Assembly: GCA_034780895.1 (NCBI GenBank)
Contig: JAUZTB010000017.1
Coordinates: 6,424,586-6,488,585, forward strand
Source of the DNA: Rhynchobatus australiae
Lineage: Eukaryota
DNA: 64,000 bases
Reading direction: 5' to 3'
The notes under the pieces are model-generated. The model saw nothing but the letters and a program-made list of their open reading frames with translations. It did no database searches and was not told where the DNA came from. Below, in pieces: positions 27,843 to 41,407 of this stretch. Within the stretch, counting starts at the first letter, position 1. Every line of letters begins with the position of its first letter. The position numbers and the translations under genes are program-made.

Positions 27843-28921
27843 CAGAATCTCAGAATCAGGTTTATTATCACTGACATATGTCGTGAAATTTGTTGTTTAG
27901 CGGCAGCAGTACAGTGCAACACATAGAGACATAAAAATTACAGTAAGTTACAAAAATAAATAAATAGTGCAAAAGAGGAATAACAAAGATTCATGGACAG
28001 TTCAAAAATCTGATGGCAGAGCTATTCCTGAAACGTTGAGTGTGAATCTTCAGTTCCTGTACCTTCTCCCCGTTGATAATAGCATGAAGAGGGCACGTCC
28101 TGGGTGGTGAGGGTCCTTAATGATGGATGCCACCTTCTTGAGGCACCACCTCTTGGAGATGTCCTCGATGGTGGGGAGCGTTGTGCCCATGATGGAGCTG
28201 GCTGAGCCTACAACCCTCTGCAGCCTCTTTCGATCCCGTGTATTGGAGCCTCCATACCAGGCGGTGATGCAACCAGTCAGAATGCTGTACATCTGTAGAA
28301 ATTTACTAGAGTCTTTAATGACATACCAAATCTCTTCAAACTCCTAATAAAGTAGAGCCACTGGCTTGCCTTCTTCGTGATTGCATCAATATCTTGGGCC
28401 CAAGATAGATCCTCTGAGATGTTGACGCCCAGGAACTTGAAGCTGCTCATCCTTTCCACTGCTGACCCCTCAGTGAGGACCAGTGTGTGTTCGTCCAACT
28501 TCCCCTTCCTGAAGTCCGCAATCAATTCCTTAGTCTTGCTGACGTTGAGTGAAAGGTTGTTTCGACACCACTCAAACAACCAATCTATCTCACTCCTGTA
28601 CGCCTCATCGCCATCTGAGATTCTGCCAACAAAAGTGGTGTTTGAGCTGTGCCTAGCCACACAGTCATGAGTGTAGAGGGAGTAGAGAGGTGGGCTAGGC
28701 ATGAATCTTGAGGTGTGCCTGTGTTGGTTCTCAGCAAAGAGGAGATGTTGTTACCGATTCACACTGACTATATCTGATAAGGAAGTCGAGGATCCAGTTG
28801 CAGAGGGAGCTACAGAGGCCCAGGTTTTAAAGCTTGTTGATTAGTACTGAGGGAATGATGGTGTTGAATGCTGAGCTGTAATCGATAAACAACAGGCTGA
28901 TGTATGTTTTGCTGTTGTCTA
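27843..28921 (-). mobile_element. Rex1/Babar-like LINE, 5'-truncated
   Basis: ORFs 28277..28702(-) and 28050..28292(-): PLYSLYTHDCVA, VSKTKELIADFRK, FKFLGVNISEDLSW, SILTGCITAWYG. The KFADD motif is deleted. Short (ctgatt)-like tail. Confidence 0.92.
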
Positions 28922-29109
28922 AGTAAATGAGCAGGCAAATAGTTCAACATTACACTCAGCAGGAATTTCTCCATCACAGAAGATGTTAAGGAAACCCCTT
29001 ACTCAACAGAAAAAATCCAAATTTTGAAAAAAAACTTTACACCTATGAAATATTAATTTGTTTTCCAGAAAAATGTATTGATACATTATGCTTGCCTAAG
29101 TGAAAAACG

Positions 29110-29692
29110 CAGTGGTTCACTTGCACTTCTTCCAATGTAGTATAATGCATTCAATGTTCACAATGTGGTCTCTTGTACGTTGGAGAAACCAGACCCAGAT
29201 TGAGTGATCATTTTGTGGAACACCTGCGTTCAGTCCACAGGGACAACCCTGAGCTTCCTCTTGCCTGCCACTTTAATTCTCTATCCCACTCCCACTCTTA
29301 CCTATCAGTCTGTGGCCTCCTGTATTGTTATAATGAGGCCCAATGCAAGCTTGAGAAACAGCACCTCATCTTCCATCTGAGCATGTTGCAGCCTTCTGAA
29401 CTTAATAGTGAATTCTACATTTTCAAGTAACTTGATTTCTGTCAGTTTCAATCATTCATCTGTCATACTGGCTCAGCTTTTTTCTTCCCACCTTTTTTCC
29501 ACTGGAAGTTTACAGCTTATCCCCATGGTCACCAGAGACATCCTCCTCTCCCATCCTCCCTGCATCTTAACAAGCTTTTGTCTCCTTCCCAGTTCTGATG
29601 AAGGGTCTTCAACCTGAAATGTGAGCTCTGTTTCTCTTCCCACAGAAGGGCTGACCTGCTGAGTGTTCACAGTGTTTTCTGTTTTTATTTCA
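29110..29692 (+). mobile_element. Penelope-like element, GIY-YIG end plus terminal module
   Basis: LYVGETRPRLSDHFVEHLRSV..LACHFNS..KLEKQHLIFHL (GIY-YIG endonuclease), followed by a hammerhead-like pLTR at 29591-29630. Confidence 0.85.
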
Positions 29693-32600
29693 TCATGCTC
29701 ACCTAACCCTTCTGCCTTTCTCATGAGTAATAGCTTGGTCATCTTCAGCTCCGCCACGAGTGAAATTGAATTATCGAATGAAACCACCTATTTAACCACT
29801 TTCATCCTGTGTGTTGGAGTACTATGATGCAGGTTAAGTGCAGTCTCATGACAATAAATCTACTCACTCAATGTTATTGTTTTCCTAATACTGACCTTCA
29901 AGTCTTAAGGATGCAAAATGCAACTTGTATACTCTTGTGGGTCCTTAGTCAATAATGAAACAACATCAGAGATGGCAGAGTGGGCACCACAGAGAGCTCT
30001 AAAAGGTGTGCTTGATTACTCAAGGTGGTTCCTACACTGTGCAATTATAAGCATATGATTAAATATGTCATGTAATAATAGTCACAAAAATAGCAACATT
30101 TTCATGTTTTTATTTCTGCAGATTATGCATCACTTATGTACAAAGCAAATTATTGTGCAAATTTGTTATGACAGGTGGTCAGATATGTAATTAAAGGCTG
30201 GCAGATNNNNNNNNNNGTTTGTCATTGTGAATATGTACCTATGCAAAATTACTTGTTTTTTTTATGGTAGTTGTTCTCAATTGTTGGATTCAAAAGGCAT
30301 AAGGATAAGAAAAGACAATTTTAGAATATAGATAAATACAACTGTTCCAAAAATTTAAGTACATTCAAGTGTTTTATGTGTTATCTTCTGATACTTTACA
30401 TGATAAAATGACAAGTCAGTAAAAGGCCTTGAATACTCCATTTTTCCCATTTGAGGGACCTTTGCCATGGAATTGCATGATAGCAAATAAAGGTTAGACA
30501 TAAATGTGTGGTATTCATTTGTGAACAAGCATAATGTTACAATATTTAATTTTGGGGATTCTGGATAATGAAAAGCAATTCAGGATCGTGAGATATTTTT
30601 GCTTAATGTTAATGCCTTTTTATTTCAAGTATTTGATAAGAAAGCGTACTGATTCGGTCTGTATATGTATGGATTATTCCTTATATTCCCAGTGGAGAAC
30701 CCAGGTGTAAAAGCCAATTATGACTGAGATAAGACTGAGATACATCTCTAGATGTTTTTTTTATTGCAGATTTGTAATGCCCCAATAAATCTAAATGTAG
30801 CTTGTGTTAATTTGAGTGGTATGTTATGCAGTAATTGTGCGGTAGTAATTTTTTGTTCACACATTTGATATTAATTTTTCATTGTTGTTTATATACATAT
30901 TTTAAAACCTAAGTTTTGATATTTGCAGTCCTTGGTCAAAGACAGAGTGATACCATTTTTCAAGTTATTTTTGATCATCACAGGGTGCTCCTTGTAGTAG
31001 TTGATCTTCTTCTTCCAAAATAACTTCAAATAAAAATGACAGAATAGTTGTAATTTAAAAAGAAATGAACAACTCGGAAACAATGCTCAGACATGAGTGC
31101 AGTACTTTAAGTGGAGCCTAACCAAAGCTGCATCATCTCTTCCTTCCTGTAATCCACCCACTGTCAGGTTAACTTTAGCCAGTCCAAAGAATAACAACTT
31201 AAAAGTTAATATATCATCATCTGAACTGTCACCTGTTGCAGTGGATATGTAATCAATTGATGTATTTACATATTAGATCATTTCCTTTATCTGCAAGGAT
31301 TGGATGGATATTTAGAATGGAAAAGTAACTTAAAATCAGCCAGCTGCTGCAAATTGAGCTTGTGTAGTCTTTTCCAAGATGTTGGAAATTATTGCCTCCT
31401 CTAAATGAATGGAAAATACTGGAATTTCGAAGGAATTTGCCATGAAACAGGTCATCATTATGCTGCTACTTGGAATTAAAAGTAATTGATAACTAGTGAA
31501 CGGGGTTTAAAAAAAAATGAGCTTTACACTTTTGCATACTGTAAGTTTGTAATTTACCAAGCTTATACAGTCAACTGCTAACCTTTGCATGAATGACTGA
31601 AGTAGTGTAACTCCCATTTACTGAAGTTTTAAAGAAGGATGCTCTTGTTTCAGATAAAAATATCCATTGTTCTGCAAAAAAATTCTCTCTCCTGGTTTTC
31701 CCCAACTGAAGATTATTAAATGAACTTCTGTAAGTTTTTTTTATGCAGCTAGTTCAGTTTTTCTTTATAAATTTCTAAAAATCCATTAGTGACAATAATG
31801 ATCATGATATAGGGCACTGTTGCAGCACATTATGATTTTTAGCTCTGTATTAATATTTATTCTTATCTGGCAGTGCAATTTTTGAGAATATTTCATGTAC
31901 ATAGATTACAAAATCATTTTCATTAATAGAACCCAGAATTTTAAAATATTGTATTTGATCTTTCATACATGAACAACCATTGTGCTATAAAACTAACTGG
32001 AAATTTTCAGGGGCACCTCTTCCTAATTGCACAATATTTGATGTAATCTGTTAGAGGGTTACAATAAATGGGAATGAACTCTGTTAGCATAGCAACAGAC
32101 AAATTCCCGGTAATTTGAATTATCTGTCTCAATTCACCCAGTATTCTCCTCAGTTCAATGAAAACTGTCCCAATCTTTCTTTGTAATTTAGTTATTTATT
32201 CACAGTGGGAAACAACCAGTTGAAATTATACAATACCACCTCTATTTATTTAATATTCTTGTTACACTGAGGAGTCCAAAAAAGGTCACACATAACTCCT
32301 GCTTTGCTAAGGTTGAATTTAGAAGCATGGTTACATCGTGCTATTAATAAGTTGCATCAATTGCCTTAAAACCCAGGATTCCTTTTTTTTTGTGTATAAC
32401 CTATACATTGGAAATGACGCTTTTAATGCCGTTTAAATCTAAATCCTAAAATCACTCTGCTCTATTATGATACCCGTCTCCACTCATATACCATTTTAAT
32501 TTATGAGAAGTACCACCTTGCAACTATTCACATTGAAATCTACCTGGTACTTTTGCTCCATTCTGATCTATGTTCTATGTTCTACCTCATCAGTTTTGCT

Positions 32601-32789
32601 TTGCAGCCCTTTGGGCAGAACCCTGTGGGACACTGCTACAAAAACAACTCTGCAAATTTTAGTAGAACTGGGTGGCACACATCTCCATACCCCATCAGGA
32701 AGGTCCTGGGGCCCTTCTCTTTGGATCAAAGACTCAACTAGTTCCCTGTCACTAACACTGTTATCTGGCAGAATAAACATGCTCATACA

Positions 32790-34255
32790 AATTCTGGTGT
32801 GTTGGCAGAACTTGTTCTCACCCTCAACAACTTCTCTTTCAATTCCTCCCACTTTCTACAAATGAAAGGTATAGCTATGTAAACTTGCACGGGCTTTAGC
32901 TATGCCTACCTTTTTATTCATTACATGGAGGTCCTTGTTCCAAACCAGCTGTGACAGCTCTCCCCAACTCTTTCTGATCAATGATTGCAGTGGTGCTACT
33001 TTCTGCACTTGTGCGGAACTTGTCAATTTAATTACCTTTACCAACAATTTCCACCCTTTCCTCAATTTTGCCTGAACTATTTCTGATACTTCTCTTCCTT
33101 TTTTTGGATCTTTCTGACTCCATCTCAGGAGACAAGCTATCCACTGATATATACTATAAACCCATGGATTACCTTGACTACACCTCCTCCCACCCTGTCT
33201 CCTGTAAGGACACCATCTGTTTCTCTCAGTTTCTCCATCTCTGTCGCACCTGTTCTCNNNNNNNNNNNNNNNNNNNNNNNNNNNNNNNNNNNNNNNNNNN
33301 NNNNNNNNNNNNNNNNNNNNNNNNNNNNNNNNNNNNNNNNNNNNNNNNNNNNNNNNNCCTCCAGGACTTCTGAAATGTCCTCCTTCAGGAAACGTGACCT
33401 CCCCTCTGCTGCAGTTGATGGAGCCCCCTTTCACATTTCCCCTATTTCCCACACATCTGCTCTCAACCCCCTCTCCCCTCAGTCTTCACTCCCACTAGCC
33501 TTTGCATCGAGCATATCATCCTTCACCATTTTTGCCGGCTGCAATGGGATCCCACCACCAGTCACATCTTCTCCCACACACCTTCCTGCTTTCTGCAAGG
33601 ACCACTCTCTCTATTGATTCCCTCATCTGCTCATATCTTACCAACCACCCCTCCCTGTTCCCTTGCACTTTCCCCTGTACCCATAGGAGGTGCAGCACAT
33701 ATTCCTTCACCTCTTTCTTCACCACCATCCAGGGACTGAAGCAGCCCTTTCAAATGTGGCAGAGATTCACATGCACCTCTGTCAACCTGGTCTATTGCAT
33801 TCAAAACTCATGATGTGCCCTCCCCTACACTGCCAGCACCAAGCTAGACTAAGCGACCATTTTGAAGAGCACCTGTGCTCTGATTACAATGGGCATCTTA
33901 AGCTTTTCCATCCCTCTCCCCTTCTTACCAAGAGTCTTTTCCCTCCCCAACCTGGTTCCTTCTGTCCAACCACATACCAATACACTTGGGTTTCTTCTCC
34001 CTTGGTGCATATTTCCTATCATCACCCCACCCCATTCCATTCGTCCATACCCCACCCCATCTATTTCCACAAATCACCTACTATTCTCTATCTCACCCCT
34101 CCTCCTCACTTCTGTTTGTCAGCTGTCTTCCTTCTGTGCTGTCAGTTCTGACACAGTGTCTCGATCTGAAATGTAAACCATCCTTTGCTTCCAGAAATAT
34201 TGCTTCGCTCGCTGAATTATTTCAGCGGTTGGTTCTTTTACTGCAAATTGTAGTC
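32790..34255 (+). mobile_element. Penelope-like element (RT, GIY-YIG, pLTR), degenerate
   Basis: LAELVLTLNNFSFNSSHFLQMKGIAM, FLDLSDSISGDKLSTDIYYKP, QRFTCTSVNLVYCI, RLSDHFEEHL. Contains a 100-N gap. Confidence 0.88.
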
Positions 34256-34377
34256 TCTTTATCATGGCAAAAAGTTCAGTGCTTTTGGAAACATTATCAA
34301 TCAAAAAAAAAGAAATGCAAATGCACAATGAGATAACAGAACAGGTGACCAAGTATTTAGTCAAAAAGAAAGGTATT

Positions 34378-34812
34378 AAGATAAAATATCTTTATTAGTC
34401 ACATGTACATCAAAATACACAGTGAAATGCATCTTTGCGTAGAGTGTTCTGGGGGCAGCCCGCAAGTGTCGCCATGCTTCTGGCACCAACGTAGCATGCC
34501 CACAACTTCCTAACCCGTACATCTTTGGAAGGTGGGAGGAAACTGGAGCACCCGGAGGAAACCCACGCAGACACNNNNNNNNNNNNNNNNNNNNNNNNNN
34601 NNNNNNNNNNNNNNNNNNNNNNNNNNNNNNNNNNNNNNNNNNNNNNNNNNNNNNNNNNNNNNNNNNNNNNNNNNGAGGAAACTGGAGCACCCGGAGGAAA
34701 CCCACGCAGACACGGGGAGAATGTACCAACTCCTTACAGACAGCGGCTGGAATTGAACCTGAGTCGCTGGCACTGTAATAGCATTACGTTAAGTGCTACA
34801 TTACCGTGCCTC
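34378..34812 (-). mobile_element. tRNA-derived V-SINE, split by a scaffold gap
   Basis: Close to 11605-11899. A 39-bp block is duplicated on both sides of the 100-N gap. Confidence 0.88.
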
Positions 34813-34819
34813 CTCGAGC

Positions 34820-35420
34820 ATTTTTAAGAGGAAAGAGAGGTGGAAAGATTTAAGGTGGGATTTCCAGAGCTTATGTCATGAGCAGCTAAAGGGCTGCCCA
34901 ATTATATTTGGGATTGAACAAGATACCAGAAATGAAGCAGCAAAGGTATTTTGGCAGGTTTTAATGGTTGATCAAAGCCAGGTGAATGTTTGAAATTAAA
35001 GATGCAACTTTTAAAATGGATAGGTTGGTTACTCAGGATTCATTGTTAGTCAGCAAGCACAGAAATCATGGGCAAATGAGAGTTATTGCCAGTGAAGCAA
35101 GTTTGCTTCAAGTCACAAGTGTGTTGGAAAAATTAAATTTGGATGGTACAAGATACACCTGAGGATTTCAGATCCAGATAATCTAAGAAGGGACTGAGTC
35201 GAGTGATGTGTGGAGTTGAAAATAGACAGTTGTATTGAGCGGCAGATATGTAGTCCAAAGTTTATCTGTGGCTAGTAGAGTTGTGAATATTTCGGATAAT
35301 TGACTGGAGGAGACTGAGTCATTGGCTCAGAGCAGAGTTTCCAGCTTCAGTCTTCCCAGTGTTTAGTTGGAGGAAATTTCTCCTCTCCCAGTAGTGGATA
35401 TAGACAAGTGATCTGACACT
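34820..35420 (-). mobile_element. Old L2-like LINE fragment
   Basis: gcttcagtcttcccagtgtttagttggaggaaatt gives minus-strand NFLQLNTGKTE, an L2/CR1 post-RT motif. Heavily decayed. Confidence 0.55.
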
Positions 35421-35744
35421 TTAATTTTCAGGATCTTGCCAATTTATTCTTCCACGGAAGAGGAGCATGGTATATACATTTGCACTTAGAAGTTGGCTAA
35501 AGCGAACAAGCTCAAGCAGTTTCCATGCGTTTATTAAAATAGCATTCATCTTGCTCATAGCTAATTCTGAATTTAATTCCCTCCCTAGCATTCTGCTAGT
35601 GAGTTGGGCTGTACTTTGGTGAATTTGTATGAGCATGTTTATACTGAATTACATGAATTTGATTAGTCCTGTGGGAATATATATGACATGCTTCATTTTT
35701 TTTATCATGCCTTCAAGAAAACTTTAGATGTTCATAAAGAATGA

Positions 35745-36197
<453 letters not shown>

Positions 36198-37439
36198 TAG
36201 GATAAATATGAGAAAGAATTTTGATCACATTTTTCCTCCAAATTCATTATCATTCTGTCCAGTTAACTTTATAAAATATGCAGCTAGTTCTATTGCCACA
36301 AGCTTATTGAAATATTTTTGTAAAAGCACTCTAGATGATACACAGCCTTGCTGATAAACATCATAGACAAATTACAACTCTGCAAAGGAAATAATGATAC
36401 TTCCTTCATTTAAGCATCTTATTACAAGCTATGGAAGGAGAGCCTAGCCTTGTTTTGAGGAACATGTATGAGTAACTTTCACATTCAACTCTGGTTATGT
36501 GACAAATTGTTGACGAATCTCATGTTTTGTAAACTCTGCACCTGTTCAATCATGCCACTCCAAGCTAACCTCCACAGTATCCTAATAGATATATAAAAGT
36601 GCACTAGCACACTATTTGGTCTTTCGAGGATAAATGTATGTAAGAATCAAGATCTCAAACCTGGCAAATAATCTTTGATCTACTGGCCAGCCATGATCTA
36701 TGCCCTCTCTGTGTTTCTGAAACTCTGCCTCATTAGCAGGCACCTCAAAGCACTGGAGAAATATCATCTTTGCTGTTTCTGCAAAATTGTCCAAATATAC
36801 TGGCAGGATAAGTAAGCCAATGTCAATGTCCTTTACCAGCTCATTAGCCGATGGAGTGAGTGAACTCTTTGTTTTGTATCAGGAATCCCCATGGGACCTT
36901 AGTGTTAAATGAATATCACAGAATGATCTATGTCTAATATCTTATCCAAAAATTACTTTTTGTATGTATCTAATTTGTGGGACTTGGACCCACACTTCTG
37001 AAAGGTCTAATTTCAGCTAACTGAGCCAAACTGGCTCAGTGACTGATCTCCATTCACTTACTAAATTTAATATCTTTTTCTCATAATGGTCCTTAAATTC
37101 TCTCCTGTCCCAAGTTTCCTACCAAAATTTGCTTCCCATTCAAGCAAGAAATTGCAGTCTCATCATTTTATGTGCTGCAACTTCAGTCAAGGAAAAACAT
37201 CTGTTGCTCTATTTAGATACTTTGTAGATGTTTACAATATTTCCCTTGATCACCATGTACCATTTGGAGCCATGAGATCGCTTCAGTGAATGAGAGTCTG
37301 GCATTTTAACGATTCTTGTTGAGTAAATTAATCTTCAATTGTTCTTTGTGTTGGACATCAAGATTCTGCCATGGCAGAAAGGGCAAGAAAATAATTGACA
37401 TGGTTAAAAATTAAATCAACAAAAGAGTATAAGGTACTT

Positions 37440-37625
37440 TGAAATAAAAATGGAAAATGTTGGAAACACCCATCAGGTCAGGCATCATCAGTGAAGGAGA
37501 TACAGAGTGAATATTTCAGGTCTGAGATCCTTTGTCAGAACTGGGAACCAGAGAAAAGTGGTTAGCTATGAGTAACAGAGGAAGAACAGGTTGGAATGGG
37601 TAGAACAAAGAGAATATCTGTGAGA
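37440..37625 (-). mobile_element. Solitary Penelope pLTR module with hammerhead-like core
   Basis: Minus strand reads cccagtt-CTGACAA-aggatctcagacct-GAAAT-att-cact. Confidence 0.65.
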
Positions 37626-38546
37626 GGATGAGACCAAATGAGTTAATGTAGCAGTTAGAATCAGATTATGCTTTGTCTTTTGTCTGTCTTATGTGCTTCT
37701 GATAGCAAGGCAGTCAGATGTGCCTAGCAGGCCAGACTATACTTACGGAGAGAGAAAACTTCATAAACTGCCTTGGTTCATTCACAAGACAGATGGAATG
37801 TTCCCAGAAAAAGACAGCATCACAAAATTTGTAGTGATTATTCTTTGAATGAACAATTAAATGCACAATGGAATACAAGGTAATTTTATTATATTCCATA
37901 CTATGCACATCACAGCGTAGGTATTATCCCTGCCTGACAGCACCTGAAAACCATTTTTCTGAGAGAGGCAAAACCAGATCTAAAAACTGCTACAATGGGT
38001 TTGTAGAGACTTCATACCATTTTCAGAGTGCAGCAGGCTTTGCAAAGCTGCTTCTGTTTATTTTTAACTCATTAAATGAGGAATGCATCTCAGCATTAGT
38101 AAGAGGCAAATAAAAATCACCGTGTTGTAAATTAGGGGTGAAAATTTCAGCACCTACAAATACTTCTATTATCAATTTTAATTTTTTTGCTTTTTGTAAT
38201 ATTTTTATCTCCACATATTAAATTGTAATGTATTGCTGGATAAAAATTATATCTTTATATCTGAGCATAAGACATAAAATGGGAAAATACTTTCTACTTT
38301 ATGCATCACCATCTTTTAAGTTTTATTCCTTAAGCTGAAATATTATGCTTTTTTTTTGCCCCATTCCAATTAAACAATTATTTGGCAGTAGAGTTCATGT
38401 AGGTTGGGTCATAATTACTGAAAGCTTACATTTCTGTGTACCCACTAAGTTAATTTAAGAAAAAAAAAGCTTGTCTCTTTTTAAAAAGCTTTCAGAACCT
38501 GATTCATTTGTCAATCATCATGTTTTTATTGAAGTGTTTTAATTAA

Positions 38547-38840
<294 letters not shown>

Positions 38841-41407
38841 TAAGCTTTCTTTCTCATGTTCTCCATAAACTCCTTTGCCTGTACAAAGAACCATCAAGTC
38901 CACCTTAGTCTGCCTCTCAACATCTCTTATCTGCATTGGTCTCCATTGAATTCTTTTTTCCCATCTCTCCTACCCTTATCCCCTGCAACTTTAATTGGCT
39001 TTGTTCTCGTACTCTGGGCTTCATTGAAAACCTGGACAATTTCCTCAAATTTCTATAGCTTTTTGATTAAACCCATTTATTTAACCAATCACTCCCAACC
39101 ACCCGCTTCCTAGTCTAAGTTCTTTATGCTCTTTTTTTGACCAACCTTGACATTCCTCATATTTAAAATCAGTATTTAGTCTTCTAGTACAAAAGTGGCA
39201 ACATAATAGAACTGGTAGATCATAGTCACAACAAGGCTTGATGCCATTTATCCATGATATTTTGTTGTCCGTTAAATTATGTGCCTAGGATATTAAGGAT
39301 TAATTTGAAAATTGACTTTGTTCTTGGTTCCTAGGAGTTGGGATTGTTCTTTTCCCCTGACTTGTAAAGTTCATTACAGCAGCCATTTAAAATGCACAGT
39401 TTGAGGCGTGAATTTTTGTACCTCATCAAGGTGAGGATTATCTTTGGGGAAATCAAATACTGCTATTTATCCTATATATATATATATGGAAAACTTTCCC
39501 ACCCAACAAATAGCACAAATGTTTCCTGTAATGTTTAAATACGGCTAAATACCATTGCATAGGTTAGCAAATTGGACTGTTTTATTTCTGACAGTCATCC
39601 AAAAAATAAATATAATAGTGGTTCCAGGGGCATTTGAAGGTGATGTACACAAGAAGTACATGTGCAATAAACTGGAGAACTTCTTTTGAAAGATACCGCG
39701 CTGCTGGTTTGGGAATTTGAATTCCATTTCCAAAAACAGAGAATAAAATGTTGCTATTAGTAAAAGTGATCAGGAATTGGTCAGGTAGTCATAAATGTCC
39801 AGCTGATTAACTGATCATTTAACTGGCTGACCTATTTGACTTGGGTCCCATATTATGGATGACTTGCCAGTCCACTTCAAAGGCAGTCAAACCCTTCAGT
39901 TTTTAAACCACTGACCTCCCTAACCAGCAACACTGGAATCACCTTCACCATATTTGCAATATAGCAGTTCAAGCTTACTACTTCCAGAAAACTCCTTTTT
40001 GGCATTTTTAACAACCACCCTCACCATTCACTGCAAGGTCTCTCCATGAACTGAACTTAAAATATTACCTAACAATCTTTTCAAATCTTGGTATGTTACT
40101 GCACAGATAGATAATACAGCGTATTACAAAATAAATTGCATGTATGCAGTAATATTCATCACCCTGGGAAATTAGTCCAACAATTTTGAAGTGAAATATA
40201 ATAAGAAATCAAGTTGTAAAATTAAACTCTGAATTTTGCTGTAACAGTTAACAGAGTACCGCCACAGCATATTCTCACACAACAGTTGTGCCACTGACCT
40301 TCATGGTGGCTCAAGGCTGCCAAATTAAGGCTCATTTAGTTCTGTTGACTAGATTAAGTGGAGATCTCCCAATCCAGACTAAAAGAGCAATGAACACCAA
40401 TTCCCACAAAGGTGATCTACTCCCATCCAACCACCTATTTTGTATTAAGGCATTCATTGATATGGATAAAAATTCTGTTCAAAAATAAATACTCAAGATA
40501 GTATTTGGCAAATGTACTTTCAGTAGTGGCTGTATCAGTAATGAAATGATGGAAAAACAAATTCCCCAATATTTTTCTAACAAATATCTTCAATCGCAAA
40601 AATCCTTTCCCTTCAGAGTAATTTCTTGCTTAATTTGTTTTGACGTACTTCAGCATGAGGTTGCGTTGTTAGAAGTTTTACTCTATTAAGGTTTGTTTCA
40701 TGTATTTTCAATTATATGAACAGGTTGTATAATGCAACGTGTGCTAAGCTTCTGGGAAATTGTATAAATAATGCAATTTAACACATTTTTAAGTAAGTTT
40801 GGTTCAATTGCAAAGTACTGTGGTTGTTCTTAAAATAGAATTATAACGTGTACATTCATTCAAAAATTGGCAACTTTCCCTTTTTCAGGGCTATTTGATT
40901 GATTCCTTGGCATTTTAACAGACTTCATTCCAAAGCAGTATTGTAAACTGTGGGACTATGTTTTTCCTGGTAATTTCCTTTAATTTCTCATAAATACTCC
41001 AATAGGCAGTTTGAAAATAGAAGTTCCAACAGAGCACAGTAGGATAGTGATAATGGTATTGGACTAGTAAAACTATATGAAAAAGTAGAAGATAAATTAC
41101 AAAATTTTGCTACTTTTGAGGTAAATCAACTTTAAAATAAAATGTAGAAAAGTTATTGGCAAATGTTTGTCAATGCAAAGCAGGTTAGTTACTGTTTTAA
41201 ATGAATAGTCCATATATTCAAATTCCATTTCAAGAGTAGAAACCCATTGGGGTNNNNNNNNNNNNNNNNNNNNNNNNNNNNNNNNNNNNNNNNNNNNNNN
41301 NNNNNNNNNNNNNNNNNNNNNNNNNNNNNNNNNNNNNNNNNNNNNNNNNNNNNCCCAGCTAATTCAAAACCAAGGTTAGCTGAGGTAGTGGTGAACAACA
41401 TTAAATA

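Noticed and set aside
34536-34713. Perfect 39-bp direct repeat in a SINE around a 100-N gap
   Set aside because: Same scaffolding artefact. The paralogous SINE at 11605 has one copy.
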